From an uncultured Gammaproteobacteria bacterium (GTDB taxonomy: Bacteria; Pseudomonadota; Gammaproteobacteria; CAWCPV01): a DNA stretch of 64,000 bases. Both the position numbers and the translations under genes were made by a program. Location of the stretch: contig CAWCPV010000002.1 of NCBI GenBank assembly GCA_963797555.1, positions 160,001-224,000 of the forward strand, read 5' to 3'. Position 1 is the first letter of the stretch. Each line of letters starts with the position of its first letter. The notes beneath the pieces are model-generated. The model saw nothing but the letters and a program-made list of their open reading frames with translations. It was not told the origin of the DNA and did no database searches. Positions 33,502 to 43,678 of the stretch are shown piece after piece.

Positions 33502-33623
33502 GACGGAGGTGTTCCCCGCTCGTTGGGCGGCGAACGGGTTGCAGACTTTACTGCAGGAGAGGGCGCATGCAGCTATGCGGTGGAACGCACCGCAAGGGGT
33601 TTCCGCCTACCCGAGCTGAACCT

Positions 33624-36155
33624 TCACGCCCGCGCCCGCGCCGCCAGCACGAGCCGGTGGGTCGCCTTGTAGACGCTTGCCGAGAGCCGGCGCGACATCT
33701 GCTCGAGTGGCAGCCGGAGTGCGCGCGCCAGGCGAGCAGAAATCCACAACAGCTTTTCGACCGTTTCTGCGAAGCGGCGATCAGCTTCCCCCCCGGCGAG
33801 GCTTAGCAGCTCACGCGCGGAGGCGGCCACCCCTTGGTAATCGCCTTGGTGCGCCTGTGCATCCAGTAAGGCAAACAGACTGCTCCAGCTCCGCTCCTTC
33901 GCATGGTGTTCACGGGCAAACTCAATCGCCTCGTTGAGCAGGCCCAGCCGACGCAGGCACGCGACGCGCAGCCTTTGCAGGTCTTCCGGCAGGGTATGTC
34001 CGGGGAAGACCCCCGCGTAATCATCCAACAGCTGTAGGCACTGGCGAGAGTCCGGTCCGTGCCAGGCCGCCCAGGCCGATAGATAGACCGTCGCAGCGGT
34101 AGCTGCCCGCGCCAGCAGTACATCCCGGTGCTGCCGGATGTACTCCCACTCGCCGGCCCGCGCCTTGAGCCGACATGCCTCAATGAGGTAGGAGAAAACG
34201 CCTGACTCACGGTAGGCGTGGTCCAGGAAATCGAACCAAGGGCGCCACTCGCCGCTGTCCTCGAAGCGTTGGTACGCACACACCGACAGCAACCTACGCC
34301 GATGTGCGGCATCAGTCTCGTTGCGCCCCTCTTCCTCGGCCACATCCACCTGTCCGGTCGCGAGGAGCGCGTGCACCCGCCAATGTCTCCAGCCGGGCTG
34401 TGCGTCGGCTTGGACGAAGCGCGCTCGGGCCTCGTCCAGGATCGCCAACGCCTCGTTAGCCTTGCCAGCCTCGATCAAGAGCGCACAGAGCAGCCCTGCC
34501 TGGTCAAGGTAACGCTTATTCTCGGGGGTCACTGCTCGTAACGCCTGTTCCGCCCGCTCCCGGTCGAACAAGACTTGCTTTGCAAGTCCCCACAACAGCG
34601 CCAAGGGGTGACCCCAATCCAAGTCGAGCAATTCCCGGAATGATTCTTTAGCCTGGTCACCCGCCTCCAGGGTGTGGACCACACACAGAAAACACCAGAA
34701 CCGACAGCGCCACCGGGCTTGTGGGTCACCCTCCAGCTCAGCGGCTAACTGCGCCAGCTCCTCGGCGGCTCGGCTCAGCCGCGCGCGGGCCTCGTCGTCT
34801 TGTCGCAGCAACTCCAGTTGGAACGGGTGCGGCACAAGCGGATTGTTGCCATCGAGAGCAGCCGGGGCGCAGGCTCCCCAGAAGTCGGCAATCGCTCTGA
34901 ACTCCCGCACGGTGTGCCAGTGTGGTTGCGCGGTGTAAGCCTCCTCCAACAGCGCCCGGGCCCCGGCGGCATCGCCTTGCAGCAGGGCAGCCATCCCTTG
35001 CAGCCGCAAAGTTTCGGCATCCGGCTCTATCCCCGGCGGCAGGGTCTGGAGCCGAGTCACGGCCTGCTCCAGACAGCCAAGTTCCAAGAGCAACGCGCAA
35101 TGGAAGTTGAAGGCCGGCAGAGTGCGCGTCTGCTCGGTCAGCCGCAGCGCCTCGTCCATGTGGCCAGCCCGGTAGGCGAAAACCCCGCGGGCGGCGCTGT
35201 CGTCACCTTTCGGGTCCAGTTCATGCGCTTCCTCCAGCAGGGCCTTACACTGCGCTTCTACTGTCTCTGCTTGCAGCTCGTAGATGGCCAGGGTGCGCAG
35301 AATCCTAGCGCGCACGATATGGTCTAGTGCATCCCACGTCGGATAGCTGCGCAGCGCGCGCAGTTCTTCCAGGGCCGTTGTGTGCCGACCAGAGCGGTAT
35401 CGTTCGCGGATGTCATCGAGATTCTCGGCGAGATGTTGCGAGAGAGCGTCGGCAAGCTTCAGGTTCTGGTCACCGAATGCTGCCAGCATTAAATCTCGCG
35501 TCCGTTGCTCGACGCGCAGGGGTGGCTGGAAACCGGGCTCCCCGGAAGCGATACTGAGTTCCCAGTCGGGGTTGGTCGGCTGAGGCGTGGACTCAGGAGC
35601 GGAGCCGCTCCGCTCATCGCCCGGCGGCGGCAAGGACCATCGCTCACGGACATAATTCGTGATATGGCGCCGCAGCAATTCCTCGAACTGAGGCCGGCCT
35701 TTGTACGACCACCACAGCCCTTCTTTGGGAAACTCTTCACGGAACCGGAGAACACGTCCCCACTGCTCGGTCTCTGCCGGAGATTGTGGGGAGTAAGGCT
35801 TCTGATTGAAGTACACCATGATCTGTGGCCGCCCGCTCCGCTGCCATGCCTCATAGCCGCGCTGAAGCTCGTGCTTGGTACCGGATTGGGCGTGTGCGGT
35901 CGGTGTACCAAAGCGCTTCCAGAAGATTCCGATGAGGAGATCGCATTCTTCGATGCGAAGGATGGGGTCGATGAGCCCCTGTGGGCCATCTGCGTGCAAA
36001 CCGGGATAAATGTCGGTCTCCCAGCGATAGAGCTGCAAGTGCAGGCCGCGGTCGGCGGCGACGCCGCGGTTGAGATCTTCAACCACCTTCGCGACGGCGT
36101 CTCGTTCCCGCTGGACGTCGCCGGGAGATGCGACGACCACCCGCAATGCCTTCAT
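33624..36155 (-). CDS. DUF4062-like N-terminal domain plus long helical/TPR-like region, probably 3'-truncated
   Basis: VVVASPGDVQRER, RWETD, CDLLIGIFWKRFGTPT, SGTKHE, PQIMVYF; Ala/Leu-rich helical repeats. Confidence 0.7.
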   Translation of the reverse strand: MKALRVVVASPGDVQRERDAVAKVVEDLNRGVAADRGLHLQLYRWETDIYPGLHADGPQGLIDPILRIEECDLLIGIFWKRFGTPTAHAQSGTKHELQRGYEAWQRSGRPQIMVYFNQKPYSPQSPAETEQWGRVLRFREEFPKEGLWWSYKGRPQFEELLRRHITNYVRERWSLPPPGDERSGSAPESTPQPTNPDWELSIASGEPGFQPPLRVEQRTRDLMLAAFGDQNLKLADALSQHLAENLDDIRERYRSGRHTTALEELRALRSYPTWDALDHIVRARILRTLAIYELQAETVEAQCKALLEEAHELDPKGDDSAARGVFAYRAGHMDEALRLTEQTRTLPAFNFHCALLLELGCLEQAVTRLQTLPPGIEPDAETLRLQGMAALLQGDAAGARALLEEAYTAQPHWHTVREFRAIADFWGACAPAALDGNNPLVPHPFQLELLRQDDEARARLSRAAEELAQLAAELEGDPQARWRCRFWCFLCVVHTLEAGDQAKESFRELLDLDWGHPLALLWGLAKQVLFDRERAEQALRAVTPENKRYLDQAGLLCALLIEAGKANEALAILDEARARFVQADAQPGWRHWRVHALLATGQVDVAEEEGRNETDAAHRRRLLSVCAYQRFEDSGEWRPWFDFLDHAYRESGVFSYLIEACRLKARAGEWEYIRQHRDVLLARAATAATVYLSAWAAWHGPDSRQCLQLLDDYAGVFPGHTLPEDLQRLRVACLRRLGLLNEAIEFAREHHAKERSWSSLFALLDAQAHQGDYQGVAASARELLSLAGGEADRRFAETVEKLLWISARLARALRLPLEQMSRRLSASVYKATHRLVLAARARA

Positions 36156-36308
36156 GCTCCGCCCGCCCTATCGTGTTCTTGCAACGCGCAGTCGTTGGGC
36201 GTCCGTTCCGCCAACCGCTGCGCACTCATGATACGGCAGGACAGACCACAGTGTTTCAGCCATGACCCGGACGACACAGGGCTTCCTGGTTCAGCCCATT
36301 TGCCCTCT

Positions 36309-36520
36309 CTACCCTTCCGTGAAGTGGTCCGAGTCCATCCTCTTGACTGCATAGGACGCGACTGGGCTCACGCCCACGCTGTGCTCCACCATAAGCTGGG
36401 CGAGGGCCTCTCCGTCGATGAGGATGGTCCGGGTGTCGATGCCCGGATGCGCGAGGCGCAGTTTTGGGCGTCCTTGGTGAAGGTCGAGGTCAATGATAAA
36501 GACCCCCTTCTTCGCTCGAT
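36309..36520 (-). pseudogene. mrr: Mrr restriction endonuclease C-terminal remnant
   Basis: Across frameshifts: RAKKGVFI / TSTFTKDA / IDTRTILIDGEALAQLMVEHSVGV..VKRMDSDHF. Confidence 0.72.
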
Positions 36521-36718
36521 TCCTAGGCGTCTCGTTGGGACAACGTCGCAGCCGCGTGGGTTACTCGTTCCCCCTTACCTTCGACCGCGAGAAGGATATC
36601 CAACTCCCTCTCCGTCACCCCGGCTTCCTGGGCCAGCTCGGTCCATTGGCGCGCGGCTTCCTCCCGCTGGCAAGCGCGGAAACGCCCGCGGCAGGGCAGG
36701 GTAACCAACAGGAGCTTC

Positions 36719-37234
36719 ATGGCAATGGCAACTAAGCGTTCCGATGAAGCGAGCCGCACGGACCAGCGGAGTGTGTCGGTGACCGGACAGGTGAGCGTGC
36801 GCGGAGGTGGGGAATCGAGTTCTCCGCGCACTCGTAGCGTGGTGGATACCGGTGGCGGCGCTTACATCGGTGGCAATGTTACAACCGGCGGCGGGGACTT
36901 CATCGGCCGTGACCAGATCAAGACCGTCACGTCCAACCTGATGGGCCGCCAGCAGGGGATCACCGTCGAGGAGTTTCTGCGGCTGCTCGAGGAGGTGCGC
37001 GCGCTCTTGGCGCGCTCCGAAATCGAGCAGGACACCGTCGAGGTGGTCGAGGGCGACATCAAAGTCGTGGAGCAGCAGGCTGCGAAGGAAAAGCCCAATG
37101 GCACCATCATCAAGAGCAAGCTGAAGAGCGCGGAAGAGATGGTTGAGAGCGCCGGAAAAGCCACCGAGGGCATCGAGAAGCTCGTCTCGGTGCTGGTCAG
37201 GCTGGTGCAGATGGCAACCGCGCTGTTCGCGTAA
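36719..37234 (+). CDS. Small protein: Gly-rich amyloid-like N-terminal motif plus helical C-terminal domain
   Basis: AGGAG RBS; VDTGGGAYIGGNVTTGGGDFIGRDQ; amphipathic helices ending LVSVLVRLVQMATALFA. Confidence 0.75.
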   Translation: MAMATKRSDEASRTDQRSVSVTGQVSVRGGGESSSPRTRSVVDTGGGAYIGGNVTTGGGDFIGRDQIKTVTSNLMGRQQGITVEEFLRLLEEVRALLARSEIEQDTVEVVEGDIKVVEQQAAKEKPNGTIIKSKLKSAEEMVESAGKATEGIEKLVSVLVRLVQMATALFA

Positions 37235-37691
37235 TCGCTGGCATTACCGAAAGTCCCCAAAGGGTTTTCGGCACCTCGGCGCATGTCGAGACGCATACGC
37301 CTGCGGCTCGATAGCAGTAACGCAGACGCGCGGGAGGCCTGCAGGATCGAGTCGGGCGGGGCGCGTGGGCCTCTCGGAGGCAGGCCGGGTCGCTTGGAGG
37401 CGACCTGCATCGTGGCGCGGAAAGTGGGCGCGCCCCAAGGAGGGAAACCCATCGCACGGCGTCTACTGACCAGCCGCGAGGCCGGCGCCTTCGAAGCGGC
37501 AGCCGAGAGCATCGTCCCGGATCATGCCGCTCACGCGTGTTCCGTCATGACCCCGCAGTACGTCTAGCTTCCGCTGCGCCTGCACTCGCTGCGCGCGGTG
37601 GCCTGCGCGGGATTGCCCACCGGCGGTTTCGGGAATACCATTGAGCCCTACTCATCCCCCCGAGGGCCCAGCGCCAGGCTCACCATCCTCG

Positions 37692-38222
37692 ATGGCCAGT
37701 CACCTCGTCATCTCCGCGCTAGGACGTGACCATCCCGGCATTGTAGACGCGCTCAGCCAGGTAATCCTGGAGGCGGGAGCGAATATCGAGGATAGCCGCA
37801 TGACCGTGCTGGGCGGCGAATTCGCCGTGCTGATGCTGGTCTCCGGGAACTGGAATGCTGTTGCCAAGCTGGAGTCGGCCCTGCCGGGGCTCCAGGACAA
37901 GCTGGATCTCGTCATTACCAGCAAGCGTACCCAGCCGCGGGCACCGCAGCCCAGGCTGCTGCCGTATGCCGTGGAGGTCGTGACCATGGACCACCCCGGC
38001 ATCGTTCACGAGGTCGCCAGGTTCTTCTCGAGCCGCAACATCAACATCGAGGACCTGGCTACTGACAGCCACATGGCCCCGCACACGGGTACGCCCATGT
38101 TCAACCTCACGATGAAGATAAGCGTTCCCGGCGACCTCTCCATCGCTGCTCTGCGCGAAGAGTTCATGGATTTCTGCGACGATCTCAACCTGGACGCGGT
38201 GATCGAGCCAGTCAAGGGTTAG
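37692..38222 (+). CDS. gcvR: GcvR-like double-ACT protein
   Basis: LVISALGRDHPGIV, NIEDSRMTVLGGEF and DHPGIVHEV. Confidence 0.85.
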   Translation: MASHLVISALGRDHPGIVDALSQVILEAGANIEDSRMTVLGGEFAVLMLVSGNWNAVAKLESALPGLQDKLDLVITSKRTQPRAPQPRLLPYAVEVVTMDHPGIVHEVARFFSSRNINIEDLATDSHMAPHTGTPMFNLTMKISVPGDLSIAALREEFMDFCDDLNLDAVIEPVKG

Positions 38223-38382
38223 ACGTGCGGATCTTCGCGGGGGGACCCCGCCACTTGGCGCGGCACGCCGATGTCGCCGCGCGGTGCACGTGGCCGCGCG
38301 CCGCGCGGACCTGTCTCCCTGCGCAGACTCCCCCCGTGGACCACGGCTCCCCGGCGGCGTGCCTGGCCGCAAGACCCTGCCC

Positions 38383-39789
38383 ATGAGTGAAGACACCTCC
38401 GCAAAAAAGCTGTTCGTGCTCGATACCAACGTGCTGATGCACGACCCGGGCGCCGTGTTCCGCTTCCAGGAGCACGACATCTACCTGCCCATGGTGGTCC
38501 TGGAGGAGCTGGACGGCGCCAAGAAGGGGCTGTCCGAGATCGCCCGAAATGCCCGCCAGGCCAGCCGCATGTTGGACGAGCTGGTCCGTGGGGCCGATGG
38601 TGCCGGCATCGAGAGCGGCATACTGCTGCCGGCGCCGAGCCACGGTGCGGCCGCACAGTTCCGGGGCGCCGGCCGCCTCTACTTCCAGACCCAGAACCTC
38701 CCCTTCTCGCTCCCCGAGGGGCTGCCGGGCCACCGGCCGGATAATCACATGCTGGGCGTCACCCTGGCGCTCGCCAAGGCTCACCCGGAAATCACGGTGG
38801 TGCTGGTGTCCAAGGACATCAACCTGCGCATCAAGGCGGCCGCGCTGGGCATCCATGCGGAGGACTACTACAACGATCGGGTCCTGGACGACGTCAGCCT
38901 GCTGTACACCGGCATCCAGGAACTGCCCGAGGACTTCTGGGCCGCCCACAGCAAACAGATGACCTCTTGGAAGGAGGAGGGACGCACCTTTTACCGTATC
39001 GCAGGCCCGCTGGTACCCCAGTGGTACCCGGGCCAGTGTGTGTACACCGCCGACGGCCAGTTCGAAGCCGTCGTCCGCGAGCTGGAAGGCGACACCGCGC
39101 GCATCGAGCACGTCGTGGACTACCGCAGCCCCCGGCATGCCGTCTGGGGCATCCAGGCGCGCAACCGGGAGCAGAACTTCGCTCTCAACCTGCTGCTCGA
39201 CCCGGAGGTCGACTTCGTGACCCTGCTCGGGGCGGCGGGCACCGGGAAGACTCTGCTGACGCTTGCGGCCGGTCTGGTTCAGACCCTGGAACAGAACCGC
39301 TACCGGGAGATCATCATGACGCGGGTCACGGTGCCGGTGGGCGAAGACATCGGCTTCCTGCCGGGGACCGAGGAGGAGAAGATGACGCCCTGGATGGGGG
39401 CGCTCATGGACAACTTGGAGGTTCTGACGCGTTCCGAGGGCGGCGACTGGGGGCGGGCGGTGACCAACGAGCTGCTGCGCGCCCGCATCAAGGTGCGCTC
39501 GCTGAACTTCATGCGCGGCCGGACCTTCCTCAACAAATATCTCATCTTGGACGAGGCCCAGAACCTCACGTCCAAGCAAATGAAGACACTGATCACGCGC
39601 GCCGGCCCCGGGACCAAGATCATCGCCGTGGGCAACGTCGCCCAGATCGACACCCCCTATCTGACCGAGACTACCTCCGGGCTCACCTACGTGGTGGACC
39701 GCTTCAAGAGCTGGCCGCACAGCGGTCACATCACCCTCACGCGGGGCGAGCGCTCGCGGCTCGCCGACCACGCCACCGACGTGCTCTAA
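38383..39789 (+). CDS. PhoH family protein (PIN + ATPase)
   Basis: FVLDTNVLMHDP, GAAGTGKT, IGFLPG, MRGRTF and DEAQN. Confidence 0.92.
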   Translation: MSEDTSAKKLFVLDTNVLMHDPGAVFRFQEHDIYLPMVVLEELDGAKKGLSEIARNARQASRMLDELVRGADGAGIESGILLPAPSHGAAAQFRGAGRLYFQTQNLPFSLPEGLPGHRPDNHMLGVTLALAKAHPEITVVLVSKDINLRIKAAALGIHAEDYYNDRVLDDVSLLYTGIQELPEDFWAAHSKQMTSWKEEGRTFYRIAGPLVPQWYPGQCVYTADGQFEAVVRELEGDTARIEHVVDYRSPRHAVWGIQARNREQNFALNLLLDPEVDFVTLLGAAGTGKTLLTLAAGLVQTLEQNRYREIIMTRVTVPVGEDIGFLPGTEEEKMTPWMGALMDNLEVLTRSEGGDWGRAVTNELLRARIKVRSLNFMRGRTFLNKYLILDEAQNLTSKQMKTLITRAGPGTKIIAVGNVAQIDTPYLTETTSGLTYVVDRFKSWPHSGHITLTRGERSRLADHATDVL

Positions 39790-39954
39790 GGCTGCGCGCC
39801 TGGTGCTGCGCCGGAGGGTGTCGGGGCGGCGTGCGGGTTCGCTCCCCGGGCTCACGGTTTACGCGCCTTGCAATACGGTGGCCCAATTGGCTACCCTTCG
39901 GCGACCGGGGCGGCACACCTGCAGCACGCTTCGCCGCGCGAGATATCGAGAACA

Positions 39955-40683
39955 ATGAACGACGAAATTCCCAGCCAGGAGCTCGACATGCAGGGACGCG
40001 CCGAGACCTCGGCCAACGAGCCCTTCGCGGTCAAAGACTGCGCCTTACTGGTGGTGGCCACGGCGCGGCGTGCGGAGAACCTCAAGGAGCTGCGCGACAA
40101 CCTGCTCACGATCAGCGCTGACAGCATCTACAACCATTTCTGGGGCGGGCTGCTGCAGCCCAGGTTCGAGGAGCGCGAGTTCAACAACGACTTCGCCGCG
40201 TGGGTATGTCGCAGCCTGCACGATCCCACGCTTGCGGAGCGTCTCGCGGTGATCGACCCGACGGACTTCAGCGATCTGGAGGCGCTGCGCCAGGAGCTGA
40301 TCGAGGTCATCGAGGAGCGTCTGGACGAGAGCGAGCTGCTGCGCTTGAAACGGGCGGAGGAGCGTTTCGAGTTCTTGCGCTCGCAGATCGTCGTGTTCGA
40401 TACCCACCAGCGCATGGAGCGCCCGGAGGACCTTGCGCAGGTGCTGCCGCAGATCTCGCCGAGCAGCGTTTTCTACCACTTCATCGACGCGCGGCGCCGC
40501 TCCGCAGAGCACCTGGACGATTTCCGGGCCTGGCTCGCCGGCTTCGGGGAACGCTACGAGAGCTTGTCGGGCAAGCTCGCCTCCGTCGATTTCTATTTTG
40601 CCAGTCTATCGGAGCTGCGGCAGCAGGTCGCCGAGCTGCTTCGCACCCACTTCGACGGAGCCGGGGATGCCGAGCCTGCTTGA
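39955..40683 (+). CDS. DUF5752-like protein associated with TreT
   Basis: Duplicated SIYNHF / SVFYHF and NDFAAW / DDFRAW motifs; upstream of the treT-like gene. Confidence 0.65.
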   Translation: MNDEIPSQELDMQGRAETSANEPFAVKDCALLVVATARRAENLKELRDNLLTISADSIYNHFWGGLLQPRFEEREFNNDFAAWVCRSLHDPTLAERLAVIDPTDFSDLEALRQELIEVIEERLDESELLRLKRAEERFEFLRSQIVVFDTHQRMERPEDLAQVLPQISPSSVFYHFIDARRRSAEHLDDFRAWLAGFGERYESLSGKLASVDFYFASLSELRQQVAELLRTHFDGAGDAEPA

Positions 40684-41590
40684 TGCATATGCCGAGGTGG
40701 CCGGCGCAGACGCCATCAGTCACTTGCGTCAGCTCTCCGAGCGGCTGCGGGGGCTGAAGGTGGTGCACGTCAACTCCACCCGCGTGGGGGGAGGAGTGGC
40801 GGAGATCCTCGAGAAGCTGGTGCCGCTGATGGGCGAGCTGGGGATGGACGTGGTCTGGGAGGTTATCACCGGAGAGCAGGAGTTCTATCAGTGCACGAAG
40901 AACTTTCACAACGCGCTGCAGGGGCGCGCCGTGCAGATTCCGGAACGCCAGTACAAGGTCTACGAGGAGACCGGCGCCGCCAATGCAGAGCGCCTGCGCC
41001 CGCTGTTGCAGGAGGCGGATGTCGTGTTCGTGCACGATCCGCAGCCGGCGCCTCTGCTGAGCCTGTGCCCGCAGCGCAGGGGCAAATGGATCTGGCGTTG
41101 CCACATCGACGTGAGCCATCCCTACCGGCCGGTCTGGAAGTACCTGCGCAGGTATCTCGCCCACTTCGATGCCAGCGTGTTCTCCCTCGCCGCTTTCGCC
41201 CAAGCCCTCCCGCATCCGCCGGATTCCCACCGCACCATCAACGCCATCCAGCGGGCGGCGGACATGGTGCTGCAGAAATCCACCCGCGAGGGGTTTGGGC
41301 TCACGGTCACCGAGGCTCTGTGGAAGGGGAAGCCGGTCATCGGTGGAGACACAGGCGGCATCCGCCTGCAGGTCGTCGACCACCACACCGGTTTCCTGGT
41401 GAATACGCCGGAGGGTGCCGCTCTACGTATCCGCTACCTGTTGCACCATCACGAGAAGATGCGCGAGATGGGTGCGAAGGCTGTACAGTTCGTGCGTGAG
41501 AACTTCCTGCTCACCCGGCAGCTTCGAGAGTACCTCACGCTCATCGTCGCCCTGGTGCACGGGATGCGAGACCGCATCGTGCTGGAATGA
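40667..41590 (+). CDS. TreT-like GT4 trehalose synthase with in-frame internal deletion (possibly inactive)
   Basis: HVNSTRVGGGVAEIL, HDPQP, WRCHID, QKSTREGFGLTVTEALWK; only 307 aa. Confidence 0.75.
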   Translation: MPSLLDAYAEVAGADAISHLRQLSERLRGLKVVHVNSTRVGGGVAEILEKLVPLMGELGMDVVWEVITGEQEFYQCTKNFHNALQGRAVQIPERQYKVYEETGAANAERLRPLLQEADVVFVHDPQPAPLLSLCPQRRGKWIWRCHIDVSHPYRPVWKYLRRYLAHFDASVFSLAAFAQALPHPPDSHRTINAIQRAADMVLQKSTREGFGLTVTEALWKGKPVIGGDTGGIRLQVVDHHTGFLVNTPEGAALRIRYLLHHHEKMREMGAKAVQFVRENFLLTRQLREYLTLIVALVHGMRDRIVLE

Positions 41591-41662
41591 GCCGCCGGCG
41601 CCTCCGCCCCCTCTCTATAGTCTGAGGAGGACGACTTGCCAACCAAGCTACAGGAGCCAACG

Positions 41663-43585
41663 ATGAATTCCGATGTCCGTCATGGCGTCAGTCTGCTCAC
41701 CGAACACGACGTTTACCTGTTCAAGGAAGGCACCCACAGCCATCTGTTCGACAAGCTCGGTGCGCACGTCATCGAGGTCGAGGGGGTGCGAGGCACCGTG
41801 TTCGCCGTCTGGGCCCCGAACGCCCAGAGTGTATCGGTGAAAGGCGATTTCAACGGCTGGAGCAACGAGTCCCACCCGCTGAAGCCACGCGGGGACAGCT
41901 CCGGTATCTGGGAGGGCTTCGTGCCGGGGGTGGGCCGCGGGGCCCAGTATAAGTATCACCTGGAGTCGCGTTTCCACGGCTACCGAGTGGACAAAGGGGA
42001 TCCCTTCGCCGCGCGCTGGCAGGTGCCTCCGGACACCGCCTCCATGGTGTGGGAGCTGGACTACCCGTGGGGCGACGGCGGCTGGATGGGGGGCAGGCGC
42101 GGTGCCACCGCCCTGGATGCCCCCCAGGCGATGTACGAGATCCACCTGGGTTCCTGGCGCCGCGTCCCGGAAGAGGGACACCGGTCCCTCAGCTACCGCG
42201 AGCTGGCGGGGCAACTTGTCGAGTACCTGAGGCACATGAACTTCACGCACGTGGAGCTGATGCCCGTGATGGAGCACCCGTTCTTCGGCTCTTGGGGCTA
42301 CCAGGTCGTGGGTTACTTCGCGCCGACCGCGCGTTACGGCACGCCGCAGGACTTCATGTACCTGGTGGACCAGCTCCACCAGGCCGGAATCGCCGTGATC
42401 CTGGACTGGGTGCCGTCCCACTTCCCCAGCGACGAGCACGGGTTGGCCTATTTCGACGGCACCTACCTGTTCGAGCACGCCGACCCCAAGAAGGGCTTCC
42501 ATCCGGAATGGAACAGCTACATCTTCAATCACGGCCGCAATGAGGTGCGCGCGTTCCTGTTGAGCAGCGCGGTGTTCTGGCTGGAGAAATACCACGCAGA
42601 TGGTCTGCGTGTCGACGCGGTGGCCTCGATGCTCTACCTGGACTATGCGCGCGAGGCGGGGGAGTGGATCCCCAATCAGTACGGGGGCCGCGAGAACATC
42701 GATGCCGTGTCCTTCATCCGTCATCTCAACGAGGCGGTTTACCGGCACCAGCCGGACGTGCAGACCATCGCGGAGGAGTCCACGGCGTGGCCCATGGTGT
42801 CGCGGCCCCCGTACCTCGGTGGGCTGGGGTTCGGGCTGAAGTGGAACATGGGCTGGATGCACGACACGCTGGATTACTTCTCCAAAGACCCGGTGCACCG
42901 CAAATACCGCCACAACCAGCTCACCTTCAGCATCTGGTATGCGTTCTACGAGAATTTTGTGCTTCCCTTGTCTCACGACGAAGTGGTGCACGGCAAAAGC
43001 TCGTTATTGGGGAAGATGCCGGGGGACGACTGGCAGAAGTTCGCGAACCTTCGCGCCCTGTTCGGGTACATGTATGGTCACCCCGGGAAGAAGCTTCTGT
43101 TCATGGGGGGAGAATTCGGTCAGTGGGCGGAGTGGAACCACGACGCCAGCCTCGACTGGCACCTGGTGCAATACGACCTTCACCGCGGAGTGCAGCGCTG
43201 GGTGGAGGATTTGAACCGGTTCTACCGCAGCGCGCCGGCCCTGTACCAACAGGATTTCCAACTGGAGGGCTTCGAGTGGGTCGATTTCCATGACTGGGAG
43301 CAGAGCATCATCAGCTTCCTGCGTCGGGGAAGGGCCCCCGCTGACGTGGTGCTGGTGGTCTGCAACCTCACGCCGGTACCGCGCATGAACTACCGCGTGG
43401 GCGTGCCTTACGGCGGTTATTGGAAGGAGGCCCTCAACAGTGACGCCTCCCTTTACGGCGGAAGCGGGATCGGCAACTTCGGAGGGGTGGATGCCTCGCC
43501 GCTCCCGGCCCAGGGGCGCTATCACTCTGTAGCGCTGAACCTTCCGCCGTTGGGCGTGCTGTTCCTGCATCCCGAAGGCCGCTGA
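41663..43585 (+). CDS. glgB: 1,4-alpha-glucan branching enzyme
   Basis: [35 protein letters not shown] and [10 protein letters not shown]. Confidence 0.96.
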   Translation: MNSDVRHGVSLLTEHDVYLFKEGTHSHLFDKLGAHVIEVEGVRGTVFAVWAPNAQSVSVKGDFNGWSNESHPLKPRGDSSGIWEGFVPGVGRGAQYKYHLESRFHGYRVDKGDPFAARWQVPPDTASMVWELDYPWGDGGWMGGRRGATALDAPQAMYEIHLGSWRRVPEEGHRSLSYRELAGQLVEYLRHMNFTHVELMPVMEHPFFGSWGYQVVGYFAPTARYGTPQDFMYLVDQLHQAGIAVILDWVPSHFPSDEHGLAYFDGTYLFEHADPKKGFHPEWNSYIFNHGRNEVRAFLLSSAVFWLEKYHADGLRVDAVASMLYLDYAREAGEWIPNQYGGRENIDAVSFIRHLNEAVYRHQPDVQTIAEESTAWPMVSRPPYLGGLGFGLKWNMGWMHDTLDYFSKDPVHRKYRHNQLTFSIWYAFYENFVLPLSHDEVVHGKSSLLGKMPGDDWQKFANLRALFGYMYGHPGKKLLFMGGEFGQWAEWNHDASLDWHLVQYDLHRGVQRWVEDLNRFYRSAPALYQQDFQLEGFEWVDFHDWEQSIISFLRRGRAPADVVLVVCNLTPVPRMNYRVGVPYGGYWKEALNSDASLYGGSGIGNFGGVDASPLPAQGRYHSVALNLPPLGVLFLHPEGR

Positions 43586-43678
43586 TGCGCCCTAGACGAC
43601 GGCGCATCCTCGAAGGCCCGGGAGCCGGCTGGCCAGGATGAAAAATCTGCGGCAGATTTCTCGAGAGGAGGTCGGACG

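Noticed and set aside
33500-33806. C-terminal 130 aa of the 503-aa NACHT2 ORF as a real domain
   Set aside because: Read-through across the mobile mystery B fragment and antisense to another gene
36493-36735. 80-aa ORF just upstream of the amyloid-motif protein
   Set aside because: Its start overlaps the mrr remnant; it may be the tail of a lost partner gene, but no motif supports a call
37425-37434. GGGCGCGCC as a third att site closing the second island
   Set aside because: Only 9 bp in GC-rich DNA; expected by chance
29300-37600. DGR template repeat and avd gene
   Set aside because: No AAC-rich copy of the VR and no Avd-like ORF found by eye, so an active DGR is not claimed
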